DNA of 62,582 nt, the filler included. It is 5 parts of 5 records of this genome, joined end to end, with 100 filler letters (N's around TTAATTAATTAA, not from the genome) between each part and the next. Parts side by side here need not be neighbours in the genome. Positions count along the whole stretch, not along the records: positions 1 to 15,064 come from SRR20825006_2555; 4 more parts are not named here. One strand, 5' to 3'. The notes under the pieces are model-generated. The model was not told the origin of the DNA. It worked only from the letters and a program-made list of their open reading frames with translations, and ran no database searches. Made by a program: the position numbers and the translations under genes. This document shows, in pieces, positions 1-9,889 of the stretch (position 1 is the stretch's first letter; the number at the start of each line of letters is the position of its first letter).

Positions 1-65
1 GTTTAGATACTTTTTAGACAGCCTCTTTTTATATCAAAATGAATAAATTTTAAAAACGAAAAAAG

Positions 66-1094
66 TTACTTCTTCCTTTTACTAGATTCTCTTATAATTA
101 ATGTGGGACTCAAAGTAACAGATTTAGCTATTGCACTTTCATTATCTGTCCTACTTATTCTATCTAATAATAAATTACACGCTATTCTTCCAATTTCATA
201 ACCCGATTGATCTACAGTGGTTAAAGATGGTTCTATGGCTTCAGAAATCGGTTCGTTACTAAACCCAGCCACAGCAACATCTTGAGGCACTTCAATCCCT
301 ACAGATTTTAAATACTTAATAGCGCCAATAGCTGCTAAGTCATTTGCAGAAAAAATCCCGTCAAATTCAATCCCTAAATCTATAAGTGTTTTTATAATTT
401 TTCTTCCTTCTTGCTCATTAAGTGCAGAAGTATATACACGGTTTTCTTCAAAAGGTAAATTGTTTTCTTGCAATGCCTGTTTATACCCTTTAAACCTATC
501 TTTATAGATATCTAAAGTTGCAGGTCCTCCTATATGCACAATTTTCCTACATCCTTGATCTATAAGATGCTGTGTTACATCATAAGAAGCTTTTATACTA
601 TCTATAAGAACTTTACTATTTGGCATTTCAGATAAAGCTCTATCAAAAAATACTAACGGAATATTACTTAAGTCAAACTGTTTTAAATGGGTATCTTCAG
701 TTGTTTCCATAGAAACAGAAACCAATATCCCATCCACCCTATTTGAAATCAAATTATTTACAATTTTAATTTCCCTTTCAAGCTTCTCCATGGATTGGCA
801 AATAATTACATTATAACCTTGCGCATAGGATGCTTCTTCAATTCCTGCAATAGTAGACGAAAAAAAATGCCTTGAAATTCTAGGAACAATAACTCCAATG
901 GTATTAGATTTGCTCTTCCTTAAATTTGAAGCTAAAAGATTTCGTTGGTACCCAATCTCTTTTGCCTTTTTTAGAACTTTGTCTTTCGTTTTTTGGGTCA
1001 CTAAATTACTGTTATTAAGAGCTCGGGACACTGTTGAACTATCAATATTCAATAATCTTGCTATCTCATGAATCGTCGGTTTATTCTTTTTCAT
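66..1094 (-). CDS. LacI-family transcriptional regulator
   Basis: N-terminal HTH (TIHEIARLLNIDSSTVSRALN) plus periplasmic-binding-protein-like domain; divergent from kduI; ATG at 1094 preferred over TTG at 1097. Confidence 0.95.
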   Translation of the reverse strand: MKKNKPTIHEIARLLNIDSSTVSRALNNSNLVTQKTKDKVLKKAKEIGYQRNLLASNLRKSKSNTIGVIVPRISRHFFSSTIAGIEEASYAQGYNVIICQSMEKLEREIKIVNNLISNRVDGILVSVSMETTEDTHLKQFDLSNIPLVFFDRALSEMPNSKVLIDSIKASYDVTQHLIDQGCRKIVHIGGPATLDIYKDRFKGYKQALQENNLPFEENRVYTSALNEQEGRKIIKTLIDLGIEFDGIFSANDLAAIGAIKYLKSVGIEVPQDVAVAGFSNEPISEAIEPSLTTVDQSGYEIGRIACNLLLDRISRTDNESAIAKSVTLSPTLIIRESSKRKK

Positions 1095-1264
1095 CAAAAA
1101 ATTAAAATAATAAGCCCCAGAAGGGGTATTTAATTACATAAAAGTAATATTTAGCACCTACAAATGTACTTATTTCCAATAAATTAATAAGGTCATATCT
1201 AATTGTCTCATACAAACCAACATGAATACTCATCAACTTATTAAATAATATAACAAATTTAAGC

Positions 1265-1278
1265 TACAATCGATTGTA
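1265..1278. promoter_or_regulatory. Putative LacI-family operator, perfect palindrome TACAATCGATTGTA
   Basis: 14-bp perfect palindrome with the central AANCGNTT typical of LacI operators, 47 bp upstream of kduI, in the intergenic region shared with the LacI gene. Confidence 0.7.
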
Positions 1279-1325
1279 AAAACAAATACATTTATGTAAT
1301 TTGCGTAAATAATACAATTAAAATT

Positions 1326-2162
1326 ATGATTTACAGTAAAAGATACGCTTCTAGTCCGAAAGAAGTTAAACAAATGGATACGGACACCTTAAGAGAGACT
1401 TTCTTGATAAACGATTTAATGCAGGAAGATGAGATTAGTCTTACTTATTCTCATTACGACAGATATATTGCTGGTTCTGCAGTTCCTAAAAAGAAAGAAC
1501 TAAAACTAGAAACTGTTGATTTACTAAAAGCGGAATACTTTCTAGAAAGAAGAGAACTAGGAATTATAAATGTTGGAGCAAAAGGAAGTGTTTCGGTTGA
1601 TGGAGAAACCTATACCTTAGAGCATAAGGAGGCCTTGTATATTGGCCGCGGAAAAAAGGATGTTGTTTTTAAGAGTGAAGATAGCACTAGCCCAGCTAAA
1701 TTCTATTTCAACTCTGCTCCTGCTCATAAAGAACTTCCTACAAAAAAAGTAGGCATGCAAGAGGCTAATAAATTAGAATTAGGCTCTTTAGAAACTGCAA
1801 ATCACCGTACGGTAAATCAATTAATTATAGGCGGAATTGTAGAAACTTGTCAGTTACAAATGGGATTAACAGAACTTAAAACTGGGAGTGTTTGGAACAC
1901 TATGCCTGCTCATGTTCATGACAGAAGAATGGAAATTTATTTCTATTTAGATATTCCAGAAGAACAAGCTGTTTGCCATTTCATGGGGGAACCACAAGAA
2001 ACTCGTCACGTTTGGATGCATAATCACCAAGCAATTATTTCGCCACCATGGTCTATTCATGCAGGTTCTGGTACTTCAAATTATAGTTTTATTTGGGGAA
2101 TGGCTGGAGAGAATTTAGATTATGCTGATATGGATATTGCAAAAATTAAAGAATTAAGATAA
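1326..2162 (+). CDS. kduI: 5-dehydro-4-deoxy-D-glucuronate isomerase
   Basis: Motifs [52 protein letters not shown]. Confidence 0.97.
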   Translation: MIYSKRYASSPKEVKQMDTDTLRETFLINDLMQEDEISLTYSHYDRYIAGSAVPKKKELKLETVDLLKAEYFLERRELGIINVGAKGSVSVDGETYTLEHKEALYIGRGKKDVVFKSEDSTSPAKFYFNSAPAHKELPTKKVGMQEANKLELGSLETANHRTVNQLIIGGIVETCQLQMGLTELKTGSVWNTMPAHVHDRRMEIYFYLDIPEEQAVCHFMGEPQETRHVWMHNHQAIISPPWSIHAGSGTSNYSFIWGMAGENLDYADMDIAKIKELR

Positions 2163-2957
2163 ATGAGCTTATCATTATTTAACATAGAAGGAAAAGTAGC
2201 TTTAATAACAGGAGCTACACACGGTTTAGGAATGGCAATGGCTATGCAACTTGGAAAAGCCGGTGCTACAATTGTTATAAACGGAAACTCATCACAACAA
2301 AAAATAGATGATGCACTAGAAGTTTACAAAAAAGAAAACATTAAAGCTTTTGGATACAAATTCAATGTAACTATAGAATCTGAAGTAGAAGCAGCCATTG
2401 CTTCTATAGAAAAAGAAGTAGGCGCCATAGATATTTTGGTAAATAATGCCGGAATTATAAAGAGAATTCCTCTTGAAACTATGGAAGTTGAGGCTTTTAG
2501 AGAGGTTATTGATGTAGATTTAGTAGCGCCATTTATAGTATCTAAACATGTAGTAAAAGGTATGATAGCTCGTAAAAGCGGGAAAATTATCAATATCTGC
2601 TCCATGATGTCGGAACTTGGTAGAAATACTGTTGGAGCCTATGCCGCTGCCAAAGGAGGTTTAAAAATGTTAACCAAAAATATGGCTACCGAATGGGCTA
2701 AGCACAACATCCAAATCAACGGTATTGGACCTGGGTACTTTGCTACCTCCCAAACAGCGCCTATTCGTGTAGACGGACATCCGTTTAACGAATTTATCAT
2801 TAACAGAACTCCTGCTGCCAAATGGGGAGCACCAGAAGATTTAGGTGGAGCCGCAATATTTTTAGCTTCTCAGGCTAGTAATTTTGTAAACGGACATATA
2901 CTGTATGTTGATGGAGGTATTTTGGCAACTATAGGAAAACCTTCTAACGAAGATTAA
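2163..2957 (+). CDS. SDR oxidoreductase, gluconate 5-dehydrogenase / KduD-like
   Basis: TGATHGLG, NNAGII, YAAAKGG motifs; abuts kduI. Confidence 0.88.
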   Translation: MSLSLFNIEGKVALITGATHGLGMAMAMQLGKAGATIVINGNSSQQKIDDALEVYKKENIKAFGYKFNVTIESEVEAAIASIEKEVGAIDILVNNAGIIKRIPLETMEVEAFREVIDVDLVAPFIVSKHVVKGMIARKSGKIINICSMMSELGRNTVGAYAAAKGGLKMLTKNMATEWAKHNIQINGIGPGYFATSQTAPIRVDGHPFNEFIINRTPAAKWGAPEDLGGAAIFLASQASNFVNGHILYVDGGILATIGKPSNED

Positions 2958-2977
2958 AAATTTATAATTTAACCAAA

Positions 2978-4156
2978 ATGAATAAAAAAGTAAAAGCATA
3001 CTTCCTCGTTTTCGCTTCATTATTTGCTATTTCTTGTAGTAATGATGGAAAAATTATTACTGTTAAAAACGAATTGAATCTCGACAGGAAATTTGAAACT
3101 GTTGAAATTAATTTAAAAGATTTAGCCCCAGATGCGCTAGACGAAGCATATAATTATTGGGGAGTTAGAAATGCAGAAGACAAATCTGAATTAACTTCTC
3201 AATTAATTGATATTGATGACGACGGAAAGTGGGATGTGCTTTTATTTCAACCAAAAATTAATGCTTCTTCTGAAATAAAATTTGAAATTTATCCGAAGAA
3301 AGATAAGTCTCCAGCAGACACAGCTACTGTATGCTATTCTCGTTTTGTTCCAGAAAGAACCGACGATTATGCATGGGAAAATAACAAAGTTGCTTTTAGA
3401 ACTTATGGCCCCGTAGCTCAAAAAATGGTAGAAGATAGTGTGCCAGGCGGAACGCTTTCTAGCGGAATTGACGCTTGGCTAAAACGTGTTGAATATCCAA
3501 TTATTAATAAATGGTACAAAAAATATGTTTCTGGAACGGGTACTTATCATGAAGATACTGGGGAAGGACTTGACAATTTTCATGTTGGGAGTAGTCGTGG
3601 TATTGGTGGAATTGCCAAAAAAGTAGACACCTCTTATTACTTTTCAAAAAACTTTACCAGTTGGAAAACAATTACCAACGGTCCATTGCGTACCAGCTTT
3701 GAACTTACTTATGAAGCTTGGGATGCTAACGGAAAAACCATTTCTGAAAAGAAAATCATCTCTCTTGATTACGGTCAGAATGTATCAAGAATAACGCTTC
3801 AAGTAGAAGGCGTAAATTCTATCTCACCTGGAATAACACTTCATGAACAAAAAGGTAACACCAACACCAATAAAAAGGAAGGTTGGATGAGTTATTGGGA
3901 ACCTCATGCCGATTCTGAATTAGGGATGGGAATTGTAACAGCTCCAGAAAACATAGTTAATTTTGATAAATATATTACCAATAAAACAGACGAGAGCAAC
4001 CTTTTTGCTACGCTAAATTTAAACAATAATAAGGTAACTTATTACGCAGGATTTGGATGGAAAAAAGCAGGAGAATTTACTTCTCAAAAAGAATGGGAAG
4101 CCTATCTTTCAGACTTTGCTAAAAAACTAAGCTCCCCATTAAAAGTTATTCAATAA
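2978..4156 (+). CDS. DUF4861-family lipoprotein (uronate/polysaccharide utilisation associated)
   Basis: Lipobox-like FAISC; RFVPERTDDYAWEN-K-AFRTYGP, SSGIDAWLK, GEGLD motifs; operon context. Confidence 0.75.
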   Translation: MNKKVKAYFLVFASLFAISCSNDGKIITVKNELNLDRKFETVEINLKDLAPDALDEAYNYWGVRNAEDKSELTSQLIDIDDDGKWDVLLFQPKINASSEIKFEIYPKKDKSPADTATVCYSRFVPERTDDYAWENNKVAFRTYGPVAQKMVEDSVPGGTLSSGIDAWLKRVEYPIINKWYKKYVSGTGTYHEDTGEGLDNFHVGSSRGIGGIAKKVDTSYYFSKNFTSWKTITNGPLRTSFELTYEAWDANGKTISEKKIISLDYGQNVSRITLQVEGVNSISPGITLHEQKGNTNTNKKEGWMSYWEPHADSELGMGIVTAPENIVNFDKYITNKTDESNLFATLNLNNNKVTYYAGFGWKKAGEFTSQKEWEAYLSDFAKKLSSPLKVIQ

Positions 4157-4225
4157 TTAAGCTAAATGCTCCAAAGCCTGCCCTGAGTTTAACAAAGGGC
4201 TTGCTCCAATGTAGCTTAATTATTG
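4151..4225. repeat. 14-bp inverted repeat enclosing degenerate REP-like units; probable bidirectional terminator
   Basis: CAATAATTAAGCTA (4151-4164) / TAGCTTAATTATTG (4212-4225) between convergent genes. Confidence 0.55.
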
Positions 4226-4232
4226 AGTAATT

Positions 4233-5249
4233 TTAAGCAGTAGTTTCAGAAAAAATATCACTTAAAATTTTATAGGATTTTAAGCGCGCTTCATGATTGT
4301 AGATGTGTGAAACAGCAATAATTTCTTTTACACCTGTACTTTCCACAAACTTAGATAGCTCGCTTGCAATTGTATTTTTAGAGCCAATAAAAGTAAAATA
4401 CATCATATTTTTTATCATGGCTTCTTGTTCCATACTCCAAACTCCATCCATCGAATCAATTGGTGGCGGTAATGGTCGGCGGGTATTTGTAATTATTCCC
4501 ATTGCAAACTGATATAAACTTGTTGCTAAACGCTGTGCTTCCTCATCTGTTTCGGCGGCTATAACATTTACACAAGCCATTGGATAAGGGGTTTTATTTT
4601 CTTCGGAAGCTTTAAATCCTTCAGCATATAAATTGAGGGCATTAAATAATTGCGCAGGTGCAAAATGACTCGCAAAAGCGTATGGCAGTCCCTTTTCAGC
4701 AGCTAATTGCGCACTAAAAGTACTAGAACCCAATAAGTAAATCGGAATATCAAGACCCTCCCCTGGAATAGCACGTACTTTAGAATCTTGATTTTCTATA
4801 GAAAAATACTGCTGTAATTCCTCAATATCATTCGGAAAATCTTGAACACTTTCTTGTTTTCCTCTCCTTAATGCCTGTGCTGTAAGTTGATCTGTTCCTG
4901 GAGCTCTTCCTAAACCTAAATCAATCCGGTTAGGATATAAAGTTGCCAAGGTTCCAAATTGTTCCGCTACAATAAGCGGCGCATGGTTTGGCAACATTAC
5001 ACCTCCAGAACCAATTCGGATGGTAGAAGTTCCTTGTGCCAAATAACCTAATAATACAACTGTTGCAGAACTTACAATACTTTCCATATTATGGTGCTCG
5101 GAAACCCAAAAACGGTTGTATCCATATTTTTCGGCGTGTTGCGCTAAATCCAAACTATTCTCAATAGCTTCTATATGTTGTTTTCCTTGAGGAATTGGTA
5201 CTAAATCTAAAACTGAAAATTTAGTATTTTGTAATATATTTTGAGACAT
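4233..5249 (-). CDS. LLM-class (luciferase-like) flavin-dependent oxidoreductase
   Basis: [38 protein letters not shown] motifs. Confidence 0.93.
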   Translation of the reverse strand: MSQNILQNTKFSVLDLVPIPQGKQHIEAIENSLDLAQHAEKYGYNRFWVSEHHNMESIVSSATVVLLGYLAQGTSTIRIGSGGVMLPNHAPLIVAEQFGTLATLYPNRIDLGLGRAPGTDQLTAQALRRGKQESVQDFPNDIEELQQYFSIENQDSKVRAIPGEGLDIPIYLLGSSTFSAQLAAEKGLPYAFASHFAPAQLFNALNLYAEGFKASEENKTPYPMACVNVIAAETDEEAQRLATSLYQFAMGIITNTRRPLPPPIDSMDGVWSMEQEAMIKNMMYFTFIGSKNTIASELSKFVESTGVKEIIAVSHIYNHEARLKSYKILSDIFSETTA

Positions 5250-5337
5250 ATAATTATCTAGTTTTATTAGTATAAAATGTACCTTTTATGGTCGATAATT
5301 ATATAAAAACTTACAGAATAAGATGTAGATTTCCTAC

Positions 5338-7872
5338 TTAATTTTTAATCGGACGGTAGCTCTGCTCCATAGAATTTGTATCGCCCACCACCGCTTCAAT
5401 TTCTTTTAATAAATACTGAAGATGTGCTCTTGAAATCCTATCTGAAACACTAGGAAGGAGGTTTTTTATTCTCCTTTCTAGGTTAATTAAATTATTTAAA
5501 GCCAATGCCCTAATATCTGTATTAGCTGTTTTTTCTTCAGAAAGTTTTGCCATTAATCCGGCCAATGGCCCTTGTGCTTCATCTGGCTTGTACAAAGCTA
5601 TCATATCCGAAACATAGGTTTTCTGAAGCTTTCGTTCATAATCATTTGGACTATAAAACACATCTAAATCACTCCAAATATAACTGCTTACATCATTCAG
5701 GTATTCTTCTGGAGTATATGGATCGTTAAAATTATACCTATCTGCAATAAAAGAAATTCTACTCATTCTACTTCCTCCCAAAAGTGTCATCATTAAACTC
5801 TCCATCATTTCGGTAGTGGAATTTTTGGTATTTGGTTCTTCAATTTTATTTAAAATTTCATCATTTAAAAGCCAAGTAGGCTCATTAAAAACATATTTAT
5901 CAATAAATAATAATGCTTCTTTTTGCTTCGCTTTAGAAACAGGCCTATACACATCTCCCTCTTCATTATTAGATTTTGGCGTAACATAAATCCCACCAAT
6001 ATTTTTGGCCACATGAAACAAATAATTACTGTATTGCTTTACCACATCATTATATATTTCTCCTAAATCCTTATAACTTTTTCCTGACTCATCTTTAGTC
6101 CATTCCATTAAATTTGGAACCACACGTTGTAAATTTTGAATTCCGTAGAAAGAGGCAACCATAGCATTATCTCCTAAATCTTCCGTTTGAGAACGCGGAT
6201 CAAAATCGCGACCCTCTCCTCCAAACCACAGTCTCGGATTTTTAGAAATACTATCTACAACCATGGTACTTAGTTGCTCTTTTTCTTTTTCTGAAGAAAG
6301 ACTATCTGGAAATTGCGAATATCCCCATTGAATTGCCCATTTATCATAATCTCCAATTCTAGGCATTAAATTTTCAACAGAAACACTATCCTCTGGTTGC
6401 GCCACATAATTAAAACGTGCATAATCCATAATAGAACTGGTGTGTCCGTTTTTGTTGAGCCACTCATTATCTCTCAAACGCTCTACAGGTGTTGCATAAC
6501 TTGCACCCATATTATGCCTTAGTCCGAGGGTATGCCCTACTTCATGCGAGGAAACAAAACGAATAAGCTCTCCCATCAGCTCCTCATCAAATGTCATTTT
6601 CCTTGCTCTTTCATCTACAGCACCTGCCTGAATTAAATACCAATTATGAAGTAGGTTCATTAAATTATGATACCACCCCATATGACTTTCTAAAATTTCC
6701 CCACTTCTTGGGTCAACAATATTAGGACCATATGCATTTTTAGAAGGCGAAGCAAAATATCTCAAAACAGAAAACCGAGCATCTTCCAAGCTCATAGAAT
6801 CGTTAGCTTCTGGCCATTCTTTTCCTACAATTGCATTTTTAAAACCAGCCTGCTCAAATGCTTTTTGCCAATCGTTAATCCCTTGAATAAGATAAGGTCT
6901 CCATTTTTTTGGCGTAGCAGGATCTATATAATATACAATTTGCTTTTTAGGCTCCACTAATTCGCCTCGTCTCCATTTTTCAATATCCTCCGCTTTTGGT
7001 TCTAATCGCCATCTATGGATATAAATATTTTTATCTACTTTTTGTTGATTATCGCCATACAAAAGATAAGAACTAGCAAAATACCCTACTCGGGGATCAT
7101 AAAAACGCTTTTTCATTGGCTCTTTAGGCAATAAAATAAAAGAGTTATTTAGCTCTAAAGTAACAACTCCCGACAAGGCAGCAGCAGGAAGACTCTTTTT
7201 ATTATTGTGAGCTATGCTTGCATTATACGTTTTAACCGTCTTAACTTCTGTATTTATAGGATAACTATTTATTGTTGAAATATAAGACTTGTCTTTTTCC
7301 AAAGAAGTTAAATTATAAGTCTCTTTTTGCGATGCACTTAGAGCTAAAAGATTGTTTTCACTATTTATAAAATCGGTAACTTTTATAACAGAAGCAGCAT
7401 TTTCCTCATTTCTAGCTTTTACATCAAAAGCTTCTAAAATAGGGGTAACATTAGAGTTATTTACAGCTTTTGCAATAGCATCTTCTTCATTAGCCTGACT
7501 TACAAAAGTAGCCACTCTAAGGAATATTTTATTAGAAGGCCCTTTTTCAAAAAATATAGTTTTCTCTCCAATTTCTTCCCCCCCATAATTCCCAGCACCT
7601 CCAGGGGTTTTTATAAACCTCGTAACTACCAATATTTCTCTATTTAGCAAACTATCTGGAATTTCAAAATAGTAATCCTCGTTTACTTTATGAACTGTAA
7701 AAAGACCTTTTTTAGACTCTGAACCTTCAGGAATAACTTTATCATAAGGCTCAGTTGGCTCAAACGACATTCCTACCTCAGAAGTTTGAGACTGTTTTTG
7801 AGTTCCGCAGGAAATAAAAAATACAACCAACAGAATAAAATATATACTTTTTTGAAAAATGTTATTCTCCAT
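5338..7872 (-). CDS. Zinc-dependent metalloprotease lipoprotein (DUF5117/DUF4953 Met-zincin type)
   Basis: HEVGHTLGLRHN zinc motif, SSIMDY Met-turn, DPRVGYF; lipobox FFISC after ATG at 7872. Confidence 0.88.
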   Translation of the reverse strand: MENNIFQKSIYFILLVVFFISCGTQKQSQTSEVGMSFEPTEPYDKVIPEGSESKKGLFTVHKVNEDYYFEIPDSLLNREILVVTRFIKTPGGAGNYGGEEIGEKTIFFEKGPSNKIFLRVATFVSQANEEDAIAKAVNNSNVTPILEAFDVKARNEENAASVIKVTDFINSENNLLALSASQKETYNLTSLEKDKSYISTINSYPINTEVKTVKTYNASIAHNNKKSLPAAALSGVVTLELNNSFILLPKEPMKKRFYDPRVGYFASSYLLYGDNQQKVDKNIYIHRWRLEPKAEDIEKWRRGELVEPKKQIVYYIDPATPKKWRPYLIQGINDWQKAFEQAGFKNAIVGKEWPEANDSMSLEDARFSVLRYFASPSKNAYGPNIVDPRSGEILESHMGWYHNLMNLLHNWYLIQAGAVDERARKMTFDEELMGELIRFVSSHEVGHTLGLRHNMGASYATPVERLRDNEWLNKNGHTSSIMDYARFNYVAQPEDSVSVENLMPRIGDYDKWAIQWGYSQFPDSLSSEKEKEQLSTMVVDSISKNPRLWFGGEGRDFDPRSQTEDLGDNAMVASFYGIQNLQRVVPNLMEWTKDESGKSYKDLGEIYNDVVKQYSNYLFHVAKNIGGIYVTPKSNNEEGDVYRPVSKAKQKEALLFIDKYVFNEPTWLLNDEILNKIEEPNTKNSTTEMMESLMMTLLGGSRMSRISFIADRYNFNDPYTPEEYLNDVSSYIWSDLDVFYSPNDYERKLQKTYVSDMIALYKPDEAQGPLAGLMAKLSEEKTANTDIRALALNNLINLERRIKNLLPSVSDRISRAHLQYLLKEIEAVVGDTNSMEQSYRPIKN

Positions 7873-8054
7873 GTATAATGCATTCAAATTAAACAAAATA
7901 AGAAGTGTAACAAGGCTACATAATTGCATTACAATAACTAAATAGGCACGAATAGGTATTTTAAAGATATAAAATTGAATAAATACTTCCTACTGATTAG
8001 GAATGAGTTAACACTTCTAGAACAAGCTTAACAGAATATTAGGAAACTACACAA

Positions 8055-9095
8055 TTGTTCTATAGTTTTACAAAACCAACCTATCTAATTTTTACTTTTG
8101 TGAAATTAAAAGATTTTCTTTTTTTCATCATTTTCTTAAGTTTTATTTTAAGCTTAAAAGCTCAAGAGAGTAATCTAGACAGCATCTCTGTAGAAGTAGG
8201 GAATATTACTAAATATCCAGATAAAATAACCTTACGCGTAGGTCTTACTAACGAAGCAAATTCTTACGAGATTACCACTCCTTCGGAAGATTTTTCTGTT
8301 ACTATTGCTCCAAATCAACGTTTGCGCTCTAATATTTCATTACTATTTAGATTTATAGAAATAAATATAGGATACACTCCAGCCTTTTTAAAATTTAATG
8401 ACGACAACGATGAAAAGGGAAAAACTACTTTTTTCAACATAGGGACACGTTTTTACTACAAAAAATGGATGCAAAACCTAGAATGGAACAAAACAAAAGG
8501 ATTTTATGTAGACCTAAACGATATTGCGCCTGGGGAACCAAATATAATATTTCCCGACTTTGAAGTGCTTAGAATTGGCGGAAATACTTCCTATATTTTT
8601 AATGACAACTTTTCTTTTAGAACTATTTTTAAACAAAATGAATGGCAAAAAAGAAGCGCAGGAAGTTTTGTGCCTACTTTGAGCTATTATTACTCCAGAA
8701 TTTCTAACGACTCCTCTGATAAAGATAAATTTATAGACATCACCATCGGTCCTTCTTATTTCTACAATTGGGTAATTAACAAACGGTTTATAGTTACTTC
8801 TGGTGCACATTTGGGGGTTGGTTACAGCCACATAACTTCTAAATCTAATAATGTTACCACAAGCATGGATGGCTTAAATTACCAAGGGCAAGTAACCTTA
8901 GGTTTAGGATATAATATTCCTAATTTCTTTACTGGTGTAAGTCTCAATTCTCAATCTTTTAACCATAATACAGATGGAAACAACAAACTTTCCGACCAAC
9001 ATGCGTATGTAGAATTCCATATTGGCTATCGGTTTGATGCTCCCAAGAAAGTATTAGAAAAAATGAATCAACTACAACAAAAAGTTGGTTTATAA
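8055..9095 (+). CDS. Outer-membrane beta-barrel protein, DUF4421-like
   Basis: Signal peptide, EWQKRSAGSFVP motif, alternating beta-strand pattern with late GYRF; true start may be GTG at 8100. Confidence 0.6.
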   Translation: MFYSFTKPTYLIFTFVKLKDFLFFIIFLSFILSLKAQESNLDSISVEVGNITKYPDKITLRVGLTNEANSYEITTPSEDFSVTIAPNQRLRSNISLLFRFIEINIGYTPAFLKFNDDNDEKGKTTFFNIGTRFYYKKWMQNLEWNKTKGFYVDLNDIAPGEPNIIFPDFEVLRIGGNTSYIFNDNFSFRTIFKQNEWQKRSAGSFVPTLSYYYSRISNDSSDKDKFIDITIGPSYFYNWVINKRFIVTSGAHLGVGYSHITSKSNNVTTSMDGLNYQGQVTLGLGYNIPNFFTGVSLNSQSFNHNTDGNNKLSDQHAYVEFHIGYRFDAPKKVLEKMNQLQQKVGL

Positions 9096-9130
9096 AAAAA
9101 CAGCCACCTCATTTTGAGATAGCTGTTTTT
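9095..9130. terminator. Bidirectional intrinsic terminator
   Basis: AAAAAACAGC...GCTGTTTTT hairpin between convergent genes. Confidence 0.75.
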
Positions 9131-9163
9131 AAAAATTTTAATCTGCTAATTCTAGCCTATTAT

Positions 9164-9772
9164 TTATTTTTTAGAAGCATAAAGTTCTGCTACTTTCTCC
9201 CAATTAATTACATTAAAAAATGCAGAGATATAATCAGGACGCTTGTTTTGGTAATTTAAGTAATAAGCGTGCTCCCAAACATCCAATCCTAAAATTGGAT
9301 CTCCTCCGCAACCAACACCTGGCATTAGAGAATTATCTTGGTTTGGTGTAGAGCAAACTTCTACTTTTCCACCTTTATGAACACATAACCATGCCCATCC
9401 AGAACCAAATCTAGTTCCAGCAGCTGTTGTAAAAGCTTCTTTAAATTTTTCAAAAGAACCAAAAGCGCTATTAATTGCTTCTGCTAATTCTCCAGATGGT
9501 TCTCCACCACCGTTTGGAGACATTACTTCCCAGAAAAGACTGTGGTTAAAAAATCCTCCCCCGTTATTTCTAACAGCACCATTATTCATGTCTAGATTTT
9601 TAAGAATCTCTTCAATAGATTTTCCTTCTAAATCTGTACCTTTAATAGCATCATTTAATTTGCTTGTATATCCTTGGTGATGTTTTGTATGGTGAATTTC
9701 CATAGTTCTTGCATCAATATGTGGTTCTAATGCGTCGTATGCGTACGGTAATTTTGGTAAATCAAAAGCCAT
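9164..9772 (-). CDS. sodA: Fe/Mn superoxide dismutase
   Basis: [32 protein letters not shown] motifs. Confidence 0.95.
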   Translation of the reverse strand: MAFDLPKLPYAYDALEPHIDARTMEIHHTKHHQGYTSKLNDAIKGTDLEGKSIEEILKNLDMNNGAVRNNGGGFFNHSLFWEVMSPNGGGEPSGELAEAINSAFGSFEKFKEAFTTAAGTRFGSGWAWLCVHKGGKVEVCSTPNQDNSLMPGVGCGGDPILGLDVWEHAYYLNYQNKRPDYISAFFNVINWEKVAELYASKK

Positions 9773-9889
9773 TTTTATCTTTTTTTAGTTAATAATATTA
9801 GTTCTTCAAATTTAAGAAAAAGCTTCGGAAAACATGGTAATAATTTGTTAATACCTCATAGAGTTTCCTTATTTTGCAATAAACTTTTT

